Made by a program: the position numbers and the translations under genes
Shown here: piece after piece, positions 7,484 to 17,820 of the stretch
Layout of the letters: each line of letters starts with the position of its first letter
Numbering within the stretch: the first letter of the stretch is position 1
The notes under the pieces: generated by a model
The model's input: the letters and a program-made list of their open reading frames with translations, nothing else
Told to the model about the DNA's origin: nothing
Databases searched by the model: none
From: an uncultured virus (IMG/VR IMGVR_UViG_3300033153_002864)
Taxonomy: Duplodnaviria > Heunggongvirae > Uroviricota > Caudoviricetes
Strand: one strand, 5' to 3'
IMG/VR virus record: IMGVR_UViG_3300033153_002864
Length of the DNA: 64,000 bases

Positions 7484-7686
7484 TGTTTTCTTCCATTAGT
7501 AAAAAACCATCCAAACTTTCTGTTAAACCATTTTTCAAATCTTACAAACCTATTTGGCTTGATGTGATTCATTAGGTCCTTTCTTATTTGTTCAGGGGTC
7601 TTTCTGTCTTTATCCCTTTCTTTTATTAGGGCCTTTCTTTCGTCTTGTTCTTGTTCGTTTTTATATATCGATCCGATTCCGCTCAT
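7480..7686 (-). CDS. hypothetical protein
   Basis: ATGA-coupled operon. Confidence 0.6.
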   Translation of the reverse strand: MSGIGSIYKNEQEQDERKALIKERDKDRKTPEQIRKDLMNHIKPNRFVRFEKWFNRKFGWFFTNGRKQ

Positions 7687-7689
7687 TGC

Positions 7690-7995
7690 TTAATGTTTAA
7701 ATTCATCGAACTTGTAGTTAATTCTACCATGTTCCGATATTATTGATAGGTTAGTTAATTTGCTTTCGTGTTCTATTTCTTTTCCAGAGATGCCGAGAGT
7801 AGCCCATATCCTTGTGATCAGCTTTTCTCTCATTCTATCTGTTGGGATTTTGTTGTTATCATCTAAAACCATTACAATCTTTTTCGCCTGTAGAGAGCTG
7901 GCTCTCTTTGTTTTAATCTTAGTGTATGTAATGGTGCAATTCGCTAATACAATCTTAGGCTTATATCCGACCTCATACTTCCTTTCCTTTTCCAT
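7690..7995 (-). CDS. hypothetical basic protein
   Basis: First gene of the operon, TACATTTG immediately upstream. Confidence 0.6.
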   Translation of the reverse strand: MEKERKYEVGYKPKIVLANCTITYTKIKTKRASSLQAKKIVMVLDDNNKIPTDRMREKLITRIWATLGISGKEIEHESKLTNLSIISEHGRINYKFDEFKH

Positions 7996-7999
7996 ATAA

Positions 8000-8058
8000 C
8001 AAATGTAAATAAATAATTGTATTTAAAATACACTTATACTGATTTATTTGTATATTTG
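8000..8058. promoter_or_regulatory. divergent Bacteroidota sigma-70 -7 elements
   Basis: TACATTTG on minus (8007-8000) and TATATTTG on plus (8051-8058) match TAnnTTTG. Confidence 0.55.
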
Positions 8059-8062
8059 CCTT

Positions 8063-8380
8063 GTGAGATTACATAAAAAGAATACAGAAAATCCTTTTCA
8101 GGAGGGTGAATTAAATATTAAAATGGAAGAAGCATACATCATAAAGGGTTTGAGCAAGACAGCTATGAAGCTGTATATGTTTCTGCGTGAGCATGCTTTC
8201 CGAACTAATGGTCGCGTGATATTTGATTTCGCTATGGCTAAAGGAATTTGTAACTTTAAACAAGATAAGTCTGTTTATAATGCTTTAGGGGAGTTGATAA
8301 ATAATGATATTATTGCTGGGTCTGATGATTCTATTGAGTATTACTACAACCCCAGTTTTATGTCAAACGAAAAAGAATAG
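8063..8380 (+). CDS. winged-helix DNA-binding protein (RepL-like)
   Basis: LSKTAMKLYMFL...SVYNALGELINNDII...YYYNP pattern; start uncertain (GTG 8063 or ATG 8123). Confidence 0.6.
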   Translation: MRLHKKNTENPFQEGELNIKMEEAYIIKGLSKTAMKLYMFLREHAFRTNGRVIFDFAMAKGICNFKQDKSVYNALGELINNDIIAGSDDSIEYYYNPSFMSNEKE

Positions 8381-8382
8381 CT

Positions 8383-8601
8383 ATGGACGTTTTAAGGGTA
8401 GGTGATAATTTAATTGTAGTAGACGGTTTATCTGTCTACCAGCCAAAGGGTGATAGTAATTGGTTTGCCTGCAATAATAAAAGAATTGGTACTATTCGTT
8501 TACAAGCCTTATATTTGTATTTACATAATGAGGATAATGCTCGAAGAAAGCGATTCAATACTTATGTGGATAAAGTTATTAATAAATTAATATACAATTA
8601 A
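8383..8601 (+). CDS. hypothetical protein
   Basis: ORF track. Confidence 0.5.
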   Translation: MDVLRVGDNLIVVDGLSVYQPKGDSNWFACNNKRIGTIRLQALYLYLHNEDNARRKRFNTYVDKVINKLIYN

Positions 8602-8602
8602 G

Positions 8603-8761
8603 ATGAATATCAATCAACGAGTTGCATTCGCGAGAGCTGCACAAGAAGAGGATGCTAAGATAATGAGCAAGAGAAAGCCAAAAGCCACAAAGAACAAGAG
8701 AAAGGCATCAACTAAGATGAAGCCAGTAAGTAGGAAAGGTAAAAACAAATTCACGTATTAA
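8603..8761 (+). CDS. small Lys-rich basic protein, 52 aa
   Basis: Manual translation MNINQRVAFARAAQEEDAKIMSKRKPK...; TAATG-coupled to the next gene. Confidence 0.6.
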   Translation: MNINQRVAFARAAQEEDAKIMSKRKPKATKNKRKASTKMKPVSRKGKNKFTY

Positions 8762-9306
8762 TGTATAACGAACTTATTGATGTAGATACTGATGGGAATG
8801 TTTTTGTTAAAGACAATTCTATTGGGTTAATGCCAAAACTGTTTGCTGTCTATAAGGATAAGCACATGGGTAGTAACATGGTTAAATACATTGTTGGTGT
8901 ATATGATTACAAATCTCCTTTTAGAAGACTCCCTGAAGACGAGCGCTCAGCAAGAGTTTCCTATTCTGTTTATTCTAAAGACAAACCTCCAAAAGTTTCT
9001 GATACAAAAGTTGAAGAAGCTATTGAAGAATATCTTAAATTACAATATGACCCACTTATTGACCAATATAATACGATGGGTGAGCAGATGTATAAGATGA
9101 ATAAGGTTTACAAGGCTATGATTCCTACGGAGAAGAATCTTGAAGACATGAATAAGATGCAAGAGCAAATGGGTAAAGCTGCAATAGCTAGAGACAAGAT
9201 AAAAGACCTCATTCTTAAAGATCAACAAACAGAATCTAATATCAAGGGTACTGGTTCAGAAGACTTTAGTATTTGGGAACAAGATGAGATGATAGGGAAA
9301 AAATAA
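8761..9306 (+). CDS. putative terminase small subunit
   Basis: Helical 181-aa protein directly upstream of TerL, as in crAss-like phages. Confidence 0.6.
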   Translation: MYNELIDVDTDGNVFVKDNSIGLMPKLFAVYKDKHMGSNMVKYIVGVYDYKSPFRRLPEDERSARVSYSVYSKDKPPKVSDTKVEEAIEEYLKLQYDPLIDQYNTMGEQMYKMNKVYKAMIPTEKNLEDMNKMQEQMGKAAIARDKIKDLILKDQQTESNIKGTGSEDFSIWEQDEMIGKK

Positions 9307-9309
9307 TCT

Positions 9310-11304
9310 ATGATAGCGGCAAAGAAATACTCTCCAATAATATTTGATAAGAATCAGAAGGACTATAAGCAATTAAAGAAAAATACTTCTGAATACTTTT
9401 CCTTTTGGAAAGAACAGAAGAAAAGATTAAAGGAAGGATATAAACCTACTGGTGGTTCTTGGATTCCAGGAAACTATTATTTCTATTTAAACTTTTCTAA
9501 GATACATGGATTACCAAGTCCAGAATCAAGGCGTAAGTCTATGATTCCTCCAATATATCGTGACCAAGATCATGAGTATTATCAAGAAGTTCATCACGCT
9601 AAGTATGGAGATGGAAAGGATAACAAAGGTGGGTACGGTATTATAGTATTAAAAGCAAGACGTAAGGGGTTCTCCTTTATGAATGCTAATATATTATTAC
9701 ATGAATGGACCTGCTATGCTCACTCAGAAAATGGGTTAGGTGCACAGCGTGAAGATTATGTTCAAGATTTTCGTAAGAAGATGTTATTGTCCTATAACGA
9801 ATTACCTTCTGAATTGAGGAATAAGATTCTCAATAACAATGAGGAAATCTTTATGTCGGGATACAAAGAGAAGGAAGATGGTATTTGGGTAGAGAAAGGG
9901 ATGAAGTCTATGGTTCACTTTAGGGTGATGGAGAAGCCTAATGCTTTCAGGGGAACATCTTTGAATTACATGGTATTCGAGGAAGCGGGAGAGTTTTTAA
10001 AGCTTAAGCGTTCATTCCAATCATCTGAGGATTGTTTTAAAGAGGGTAATGTATTTTTTGGTACACCAATTATCGGTGGAACTTCTAATGCTATGGAGGT
10101 TGAGTCTGATGATTACATGGATATGTATTATAATGCTGAACAGTTTAATTTAAAGCCTGTATTTATTAAGGCATCTAAAGTGTTTGGTAGTTTCTTTGAT
10201 ATGTCTACGGGTGCATCTGATTCAAAAGGAGCAGAAGAGTTTATTATAGCTGAGGCTGAAAAGCGTAAATCTACTGGAGATTTACAATCATATTACTCTT
10301 ACTTACAAGAAAATCCTTTAGAGGTGGAGCATGCTTTCTTTAAATCAGGGAAGACTCCATTTGATTTAGAAAAGATTAATAAACAGATTGCCAATATCAA
10401 TACTAATCCTAGTTTTCAGAGAGTTCAGAAAGGAACATTGGAATGGCCTAGAGATAAAGAGGGGAAAGAAATATTTGGTGCAACACCAGAGTTTATTTTA
10501 GATGATGGATCCCATGATGAGGTAAATCCTAACAATGAGTTGTTTCCATTTGAGATAGTTGAACAACCAATTCCTTCTATGGCTAATATACATTTAGCTG
10601 CGGTTGATCCTTATCATATTGATGATGAACTGGAGGAGATGAAGAAAAAGATGTCTGATCAGAAGGATAGGTCCGATGGTTCAATGTGTGTGTATCGTAG
10701 ATTTGTTGGACAGAATACAATAGGTGAGTTACCTGTAGCGTTCTATACTGATAGACCTTATTCTAAGGAGAAGTTCTACGAGAACTGTTTAAAGTTGGCT
10801 GTGTTTTATGATTCTCAAATACTTGTGGAATATAATGATGATGGTTTCCTTAAATATTTTATAGCCAAGAAAATGACTAGATATTTAAAGGAAAGACCTC
10901 GTGCTGCTGATAGTCCTTGGAGTCAAGCGACAAACAGATATGGTATTCACATGAAGACTTTCCAAAAGAAATTATTGACTGAGCTTGTAGATGAATATGT
11001 TAAAAAGCATTGGGAAGATATTTACTTTTTAAAATTATTGAATGAATTATCCGTTTATGGAGTGAAAAATACAGATAGGGTTATGTCTTTTGGTATGGCT
11101 CTAATACATGATATGGATGCTACTAAAAGAATCTATGACAAAGACGAGGAGGAGAATATTGAGCCAATGGATGGATTGCCTGGGTTTAGTAGAAATAGTC
11201 AAGGTGGAATAGTAACTCTAAGTAGTAATAATAATAATCATTTTGAAACTAATAAAAGAAAGGTTACTTTTGATTACAAACTAGACGAAGATACTGAACT
11301 ATAA
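9310..11304 (+). CDS. terL: terminase large subunit
   Basis: Walker A variant LKARRKGFS, Walker B MVFEEAG, coupling motif GGTS, nuclease AAVDPY ... NTDRV. Confidence 0.93.
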   Translation: MIAAKKYSPIIFDKNQKDYKQLKKNTSEYFSFWKEQKKRLKEGYKPTGGSWIPGNYYFYLNFSKIHGLPSPESRRKSMIPPIYRDQDHEYYQEVHHAKYGDGKDNKGGYGIIVLKARRKGFSFMNANILLHEWTCYAHSENGLGAQREDYVQDFRKKMLLSYNELPSELRNKILNNNEEIFMSGYKEKEDGIWVEKGMKSMVHFRVMEKPNAFRGTSLNYMVFEEAGEFLKLKRSFQSSEDCFKEGNVFFGTPIIGGTSNAMEVESDDYMDMYYNAEQFNLKPVFIKASKVFGSFFDMSTGASDSKGAEEFIIAEAEKRKSTGDLQSYYSYLQENPLEVEHAFFKSGKTPFDLEKINKQIANINTNPSFQRVQKGTLEWPRDKEGKEIFGATPEFILDDGSHDEVNPNNELFPFEIVEQPIPSMANIHLAAVDPYHIDDELEEMKKKMSDQKDRSDGSMCVYRRFVGQNTIGELPVAFYTDRPYSKEKFYENCLKLAVFYDSQILVEYNDDGFLKYFIAKKMTRYLKERPRAADSPWSQATNRYGIHMKTFQKKLLTELVDEYVKKHWEDIYFLKLLNELSVYGVKNTDRVMSFGMALIHDMDATKRIYDKDEEENIEPMDGLPGFSRNSQGGIVTLSSNNNNHFETNKRKVTFDYKLDEDTEL

Positions 11305-11310
11305 ATACGT

Positions 11311-13500
11311 ATGGATTTTCCACAACAGAATGTTCCCAAGGGAATGAAAGATGAAGAGTGGCACTTAGAATGTGTTGACTCATTAATGCGCCATCATCAG
11401 GATTACAGCTCTTTTCTTGATTCAAGAAAGAAAGATCACGATAATTATTTAATCACACAAGGACAGTTTAATCATAAGGAGTACGAGTATGTTACCGACA
11501 CTTATGGATTAACCTCCCCTGCTAGATTAGTTAATTACCCTATCATATTGCCAAAGCTTGATTTATTGGCAGGAGAATTAATAAGTCAACCATTACAATA
11601 TACTGTTAATGTTATTAATCGTAATGCATTGCGTAAGAAGAATGAGGAAAAGATTACTCTAGCTGCAGAGGTAGTATTGAGGCCAATTCGTAGGCAGATT
11701 GAGCAAGCATTGGGAATGCCAATTCCTGACGAGAATGTTGGTCAAGAAGTACCGCCAGATGTTGAAAGGTATCAAAAACTAAAGTTTAGAAACGCCATTG
11801 AAGAGATGGTTCATGTTGGATTAACATTCTGTATTCAACGATGGGATTTAAAGCAAACCTTTAAAAGAGGTTTCTACGATTTAACTATTACTGGTAAAGA
11901 ATTTTATAAAATTTATATTAAGGAGGGAGATCCTTATGTTGAACGTCTTGACCCACGTTCAATGATATTTGATTTAGATATTGAGAAGGAAAGCTTACAA
12001 GATTCTAAATATGCTGGTCACGAAAATTGGTACACTGTCAATGAGATAATTGACCGATATGGCTATGACCTATCTAAGAAGCAAATTACTGAGCTTGAAA
12101 AATTACAAAGTAAGGGTGTGGGTAGTGACGTATCTGGCACATTCTCTTTAGATAATTATTCTACTACATCAGCAACCGATTTAAAGATTAGAGTTGTTGA
12201 ATTTCAGTGGAGAAGTATCAGGATGATGAAACATAAAGTTTCTAATAATGAATTTGATCCAGAGAATCCTTGGCTGAAAAAAGTGAAGGATGATTATAAG
12301 GCAAAGAAGGGAGAAACTATTATTGATAAGCCTATAACTGAAATACGTCAAGCAGCAAGGATTGGTCATAATATGTTATTGAATTGGGGAGTAAAACCTA
12401 ACCAATATCGTATTGAAGAAAACTATGCCAATACTTGTTTAGATTACTACGGTGCTATTAAAGGCGCTTTCAATGGCAGCACTTTATCTGTTGTTGATTC
12501 ATTAAAGAATGTCCAAATACTATACAATATTACGATGTATCAGATTGAATTAGCTATGGCTCGTTCAGGTGGTAAATCAATTGTTTATGATGTATCTCAG
12601 AAGCCTAAGAATATGACGTTGAAAGATGTTATGTATCATGCGAAGAACAGTGGACTTATCTGTATCAACAATAAAGCTGAGGGTATGCAAACCAATGGCT
12701 TTAACCAATTCCAACAAGTAGATTTTACTCTTAGTCAATCTGTTTCTCAGATGATTAACCTTAAGATGATGCTTGAAGATACAGCTGATAAATTAACTGG
12801 AATATCTGCTAGTAGAGCAGGGGTTCAGAAATCAGGAGATTTGGTTGGTGTTACTGAGCGTAATGTGATGCAGTCTACTTTAGTTACTGCTCCATTGTTT
12901 GATATTCACTACCGATTGGTTGGTGATGTGCTACAAGGGTTAGCTAATCTAATGAAACCGGCTTGGGGTAAAGAAGGTCGTATGGCTAATATCTTTGGTG
13001 ATATGGGTATGCAGACTTTTAAGATTGATAAGAGTATTGCTTTATCTGAGTATGGTATATTCGTAGAGAATAGCGGTAAAGAGGTTCAGCGTAAGCAAGA
13101 GATGATGGGATTATTAGAAAGATTCTCATCTTCTGGAAATGTGGACCCATTAGCAATTATACAAGCTGTTAATGCAGAAGGATCAAGTGAAGTTGAGTCA
13201 ATCTTAACTGAAGGACTTACTGCTATGAAAGAACAGTCTGCTTCAATGGAAGAGAGACAAGTTGCTGCTCAAGAAGAAGCGAATAGAATCAATGAAGAGA
13301 AAACTACAATGCCTTTACAAGTTCAACAGCTTAAATCACAAACTGATATACAGCTTGCTGAAATGGAGCTTAGTGGTAAGTCACAACTTCAAAATAATGA
13401 CTTGATTCATAAGGAGAATATGCAACAAGAAAGTAAGAATTCAAAATTAGATGAAATGATGTTATCTCAATCAGGTGATGATGAGGTCGCTGAAAGTTAA
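11311..13500 (+). CDS. portal protein
   Basis: 729 aa after TerL, podoviral portal features, C-terminal coiled coil. Confidence 0.88.
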   Translation: MDFPQQNVPKGMKDEEWHLECVDSLMRHHQDYSSFLDSRKKDHDNYLITQGQFNHKEYEYVTDTYGLTSPARLVNYPIILPKLDLLAGELISQPLQYTVNVINRNALRKKNEEKITLAAEVVLRPIRRQIEQALGMPIPDENVGQEVPPDVERYQKLKFRNAIEEMVHVGLTFCIQRWDLKQTFKRGFYDLTITGKEFYKIYIKEGDPYVERLDPRSMIFDLDIEKESLQDSKYAGHENWYTVNEIIDRYGYDLSKKQITELEKLQSKGVGSDVSGTFSLDNYSTTSATDLKIRVVEFQWRSIRMMKHKVSNNEFDPENPWLKKVKDDYKAKKGETIIDKPITEIRQAARIGHNMLLNWGVKPNQYRIEENYANTCLDYYGAIKGAFNGSTLSVVDSLKNVQILYNITMYQIELAMARSGGKSIVYDVSQKPKNMTLKDVMYHAKNSGLICINNKAEGMQTNGFNQFQQVDFTLSQSVSQMINLKMMLEDTADKLTGISASRAGVQKSGDLVGVTERNVMQSTLVTAPLFDIHYRLVGDVLQGLANLMKPAWGKEGRMANIFGDMGMQTFKIDKSIALSEYGIFVENSGKEVQRKQEMMGLLERFSSSGNVDPLAIIQAVNAEGSSEVESILTEGLTAMKEQSASMEERQVAAQEEANRINEEKTTMPLQVQQLKSQTDIQLAEMELSGKSQLQNNDLIHKENMQQESKNSKLDEMMLSQSGDDEVAES

Positions 13501-13510
13501 AATAAAATTA

Positions 13511-13518
13511 TATATTTG
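13511..13518 (+). promoter_or_regulatory. Bacteroidota -7 promoter element for the capsid genes
   Basis: TATATTTG 17 nt upstream of ATG 13536. Confidence 0.55.
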
Positions 13519-13535
13519 TATCTAAAGAAAATGTT

Positions 13536-14663
13536 ATGGAAAAAGATAATGAAAGCAACAAGCCTAGCGAGGAAGTTGTAGAAAGTACTCCAGTTAATGA
13601 AACGCCTGCTGCAGAAGGTTCAGAAAAACCAGAAGCAAAATCAGAAGAAAAAGAAAGTGTAGATTTCGATCCATCTGCTTTTTCAGATGTAAAGGTGGTA
13701 AATGCTGAGGTTGAAAAACCAGATAGTGAAATTACTGAAGGTGCTGCTGCATCAGAAGAAGGAAAAGAAACTATTCCTGCTACAGAAGAAAAACCTGTAG
13801 ATGCTCAGGAAGGTCTTGAATGGGTAACGGATGAGGCTACTCCAACTGAAGGGGCAGAGGCTCCAAAACCTGACGAGGTGATTCCTACTGATAAACCAGT
13901 AGATGAAGCTCCAAAAAAGGTTAGTGAGGATCATTTCAAACAATTCTCTGATGAGTTAGGTTTGAAATTTGACACAATGGATGAGATGAAAGAACATCTT
14001 AAAACTGTTGAAGAAGAGAATAACCAGTTGAGAAATGCAAGTGGTAGTGGAGCGAAAAACGAAGCCATTCAAAATCTTGAATCCCTTTTGAAAAAGGATA
14101 ACGAAGATTTAGTTAGGTTGTCATTAGAGAAGGATGGATTTAAAGGAGAGGAATTAGATGACGCAGTTGATAAGTATATCGACAATGGCTTAATAGATAT
14201 TGAAGCAAAGAAAATTCGTAATACAATTAGTAATGCTATTGTAGGCGAACAAAATAAAGTAACACAATCGACTGTCGATGCTGATGCAAAGCAACAGCAA
14301 GAATATGCCGAGAGTGTTAAAAAGCTTGAAGAGCACATAAGCAAGACTGAAACAATGTTCGGTTTTAAAATGGCTAAAGACCCAGAAAGTCTTAAGCAAG
14401 TTCAACAAGGACACGCTGAATACATCAAAAGTGGTAAATTCATGGATGATGTATTTGCAAATGATGAAAGTTTAGCTGAGGCTGCATGGTTCGTTAGAAA
14501 TAAAGCAGTGATCATTAATGCCATAGCTAATAAGAATTTACAAAAAGGGAAGCAGTCTATCTTGGATGATATAAGAGAGCCGGAAGTTGTAAGTCCTCAA
14601 AGGTTTAGGGATCCTGAAGGCTCTGATGAGTTTGATCCGCAAAAATTTGGGGCGAGAAATTAA
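13536..14663 (+). CDS. scaffold-like protein
   Basis: Acidic disordered N-terminus plus coiled coil, between portal and MCP. Confidence 0.7.
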   Translation: MEKDNESNKPSEEVVESTPVNETPAAEGSEKPEAKSEEKESVDFDPSAFSDVKVVNAEVEKPDSEITEGAAASEEGKETIPATEEKPVDAQEGLEWVTDEATPTEGAEAPKPDEVIPTDKPVDEAPKKVSEDHFKQFSDELGLKFDTMDEMKEHLKTVEEENNQLRNASGSGAKNEAIQNLESLLKKDNEDLVRLSLEKDGFKGEELDDAVDKYIDNGLIDIEAKKIRNTISNAIVGEQNKVTQSTVDADAKQQQEYAESVKKLEEHISKTETMFGFKMAKDPESLKQVQQGHAEYIKSGKFMDDVFANDESLAEAAWFVRNKAVIINAIANKNLQKGKQSILDDIREPEVVSPQRFRDPEGSDEFDPQKFGARN

Positions 14664-14692
14664 AAATAGTATAAATTTAAAAATTAGAAAAA

Positions 14693-16066
14693 ATGAAGTT
14701 TCATTCAGGTACTTATGGGAAAGAAACCCAAGAATCAAATGCTTTAGTAACGAACTTATTAAAGTATCCGGAAATTGCTAAAACATTAATTAGACAATAT
14801 CCACAATACTCGTTAAACTACTTCCTTGACGGAACTGGTAGATTTGCGAAAGAAGAATTAATAGGCGAAAACGCTTTTAGATGGCCAATCTTAGGAAGAT
14901 TGAATAGACCTTCTACTTGCTCTGGTGTAATTACTGGAACTGGTGTTGGAAATTCAACTTTTACTGTTGAGTTTGAAGAAAACTTTTTCAATCCTAATGA
15001 TGTAGTAAGATTTGCTGGTGAAGAACAAGCAATCGTAATGGGGGAACCTGTACCAACAGCTGGTGGTTACACTTTCTCTTTTATCTTACAAACTAACGAT
15101 GCTACTGCAACTATCGCTCCTGCTTCTGCAGCTGCTGGTTTAACAGCTAACACTGTTGGTTCTGCATTTCCAGAAGGATCTGATAGAGGTTTTGAAAACC
15201 ACGTTTATCCAGACTGGTATATTAACCACATTGGTATTGCAAGAAAATCTAAATCAATCACAGGTTCTGCCTTGACTGATATTACTTGGATTGAAAACAA
15301 TGGTCAAAGAGTTTGGTTCTTTACTGATGAGAAGTTAATGAGAGAAGAGTTCCTTTACCAAAAAGAACTTGATTCTTGGTATTCTACATCTACTATGGAT
15401 GCTAATGGAAACTCTACGGTTATCGGACCAGATGGTAAGCCTATCGTAAAAGGTGACGGAATCCTTCGTCAAATTGATGCTGCTAACGTTGATACTTATA
15501 ACGGTCAATTGACTGAAAAAAGATTAACTGATTTCTTAGCTCAATTGCAATTAAATACAGGAAGTCAAGATAAGCACTGGATGGTGTTTACTGGTACTGC
15601 TGGTAAAGTTGCTTTTCACGAAGCTATGAAAGATTTAGTTTACCCTGCTGGTAACTTAATTTACGATGCTAACGTTGGTGCTGATACTGAAATCGGTGTG
15701 AACTTTACTTCGTATAATGCTTTAGGTTCTAGATTAACTTTAGTTCACAATTCATTATTTGATGATCCGAATTTACATGGAAACAACATTGACCCAGTTA
15801 GTGGTTTCCCTAAAGAATCATTTAGAATGGTATTCTTAGATATGGGAACAACTGATGGTGTTTCAAATATCGAAAGAAAAGTTAAAGGTGCTGCAGGTAT
15901 CGATAGAGGAATGATTATTAAGTATATATCAGGAATGGTAAATCCTTTCAATCAGTCTTCAATGGAAGCTGCTAACTCAAGAGATGCATTTACTTGCGAG
16001 ATTCTTTGTGAATCAGGTATAATCGTAAGAAATCCATTGTCTTGTGGACAATTAGTATTTGCATAA
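14693..16066 (+). CDS. major capsid protein (crAss-like HK97 fold)
   Basis: Size, position, GDGILRQI and FTGTAG motifs, highly biased codon usage. Confidence 0.9.
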   Translation: MKFHSGTYGKETQESNALVTNLLKYPEIAKTLIRQYPQYSLNYFLDGTGRFAKEELIGENAFRWPILGRLNRPSTCSGVITGTGVGNSTFTVEFEENFFNPNDVVRFAGEEQAIVMGEPVPTAGGYTFSFILQTNDATATIAPASAAAGLTANTVGSAFPEGSDRGFENHVYPDWYINHIGIARKSKSITGSALTDITWIENNGQRVWFFTDEKLMREEFLYQKELDSWYSTSTMDANGNSTVIGPDGKPIVKGDGILRQIDAANVDTYNGQLTEKRLTDFLAQLQLNTGSQDKHWMVFTGTAGKVAFHEAMKDLVYPAGNLIYDANVGADTEIGVNFTSYNALGSRLTLVHNSLFDDPNLHGNNIDPVSGFPKESFRMVFLDMGTTDGVSNIERKVKGAAGIDRGMIIKYISGMVNPFNQSSMEAANSRDAFTCEILCESGIIVRNPLSCGQLVFA

Positions 16067-16092
16067 TTATTAATTACATATTTTTTTAAAAC

Positions 16093-16794
16093 ATGGAAAG
16101 AGGAAAAGAGCCTTTAAACAAGGCAAAGATAAAGGAACTAATGGAAGGTGCCCCTACAACGGGTAACGTTGAAATTAGATTGAAAGACCCTAAAAGAACA
16201 GGTTCAATAACATTGCGTGGATATACTGGAGATGATGGATCTTACAGACCTTACGTTGACCAACATGGTAACGAAAGAGTTTTTAAGTTTATTAGAACTA
16301 TATATTTGGATATGAGTAAAGAGGGTGATAGGTTAACGCTTCAAGCGGTAGCCAATCATCCCATTTACATCAAAGGTTCAAGACCAGTCCTTGTTGTTGT
16401 AGACCATGAAGATGATGCAGATGCTTTTGTAGCATTAAAAGATAATGAAGCATTAGCTGGTAAAATAATTGCTGACCTTGAAGGTAAGGATTTGCAAGAT
16501 TTTGCTAGAGTGCTTTTAGTTACGGTAAAACCGGGCAGTTCAGATAAAGTGATCAAAAGAGCAATCTATGAGAAAGCTGAAACTGAGCCTGGAGAAATTC
16601 TTAATGAATGGAACGATGAAAATCGTGAGCTTAAAGTTATTCTAAGAAAAGGATTAGAGAAGCAATTGTTTACTTATAAACAAGGGCGATATACTTTTAG
16701 TAATCAATTGATGGGTACTACCTTTGATATTGCTGTAGATTGGCTTAAAGAAAACGAGGATTTAATTCCTTCAATGCGTAAACAACTAAAGTAA
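16093..16794 (+). CDS. conserved crAss-like protein downstream of MCP
   Basis: Synteny with the crAss-like capsid module. Confidence 0.65.
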   Translation: MERGKEPLNKAKIKELMEGAPTTGNVEIRLKDPKRTGSITLRGYTGDDGSYRPYVDQHGNERVFKFIRTIYLDMSKEGDRLTLQAVANHPIYIKGSRPVLVVVDHEDDADAFVALKDNEALAGKIIADLEGKDLQDFARVLLVTVKPGSSDKVIKRAIYEKAETEPGEILNEWNDENRELKVILRKGLEKQLFTYKQGRYTFSNQLMGTTFDIAVDWLKENEDLIPSMRKQLK

Positions 16795-16795
16795 G

Positions 16796-17437
16796 ATGGA
16801 TATAATTGAGATGCAAGATGCCTGCGATGTAGGTTTAGATAAGGCTAATTCTCCTTGGTACACAAGTACTGAGAAGGATTATTACCTAAACAAAGCTCAT
16901 CATGAGTTCGCTGAATCTCGATATAGAAATTTTGAAAAGGATGAACGTACTCGTAAAGAATTATTGCCGTTAGTTAGAACAAGCTCTGGAGCTAATACTG
17001 ATACGATTAATTATAGCAACATACCTGATTTTATGTTCACCCTAAGTATAGGGGGAGTATTTAATAAGATGTGTGGTAAAGGAACAAGTTTAAAGGGTGT
17101 TCATCCACTTCAGCTCGATGATGAGTTTGATGTAGAGGAAGACCCTTTTAATTTAAGTGCTGATGATAATCCCAACTATGTTGAGGAGAATCTTAATGGT
17201 GATGATGTTGCCATTATTAAATCTACCACAACTCCTTTATCCTATAAGCTAAAGTATTTAATGATACCGACTACGGTATTTCGAGATGTTAATAATCCTT
17301 CTAATAATGTTAATTCAATTATGCCTATATTTACGCATGATGAAATTGTTAGTATTGCGGTTAGAATGATGATGGCAAATACTGAACAGTTTCAGAATTA
17401 TCAAGTACAAGAAAGAGAAATACAAAACGAAAATTAA
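16796..17437 (+). CDS. head-tail ring (adaptor) protein
   Basis: EKDYYLNKA ... THDEIVSIAV ring-protein pattern. Confidence 0.7.
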   Translation: MDIIEMQDACDVGLDKANSPWYTSTEKDYYLNKAHHEFAESRYRNFEKDERTRKELLPLVRTSSGANTDTINYSNIPDFMFTLSIGGVFNKMCGKGTSLKGVHPLQLDDEFDVEEDPFNLSADDNPNYVEENLNGDDVAIIKSTTTPLSYKLKYLMIPTTVFRDVNNPSNNVNSIMPIFTHDEIVSIAVRMMMANTEQFQNYQVQEREIQNEN

Positions 17438-17443
17438 AAAATC

Positions 17444-17791
17444 ATGGCAAAAGTAACTTATACAAAAGCTCAACTAGAAGCATTTACCGTTAAGGAAATG
17501 AAGACGTTGGACTTGTTTTCAAAAATTGATCCTAAAGGATTAGACAAAAAAGGAATCGTTAAAGCGTTGATTAGTACTCAAAAAGCTGAACAAAAAGCTC
17601 TCAAAGAAGAAGCTGAAAAATCAGAAATTAAAAAAGAGACTAGCCCGATAGTGGAAAAACCTGTTGTTGAAACTGAGGAAAAATCTGGGGAACCAGTAGA
17701 AGAAGAAGCTAAAGAAGTGAAAGAGGAAAGTAGTTCTGAACCTCATTTTCATAGACCAACAAAAAGGAGAAATCCTATGAACTTCAGATAA
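17444..17791 (+). CDS. small protein with helical N-terminus and E/K-rich tail
   Basis: ORF track. Confidence 0.6.
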   Translation: MAKVTYTKAQLEAFTVKEMKTLDLFSKIDPKGLDKKGIVKALISTQKAEQKALKEEAEKSEIKKETSPIVEKPVVETEEKSGEPVEEEAKEVKEESSSEPHFHRPTKRRNPMNFR

Positions 17792-17820
17792 AAATAAATT
17801 ATTAATTTAAAACATATATT

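Noticed and set aside
9310..11304. Intron or intein in terminase (also checked DnaB, MCP)
   Set aside because: Lengths are normal, motifs are contiguous and no splice motifs were seen.
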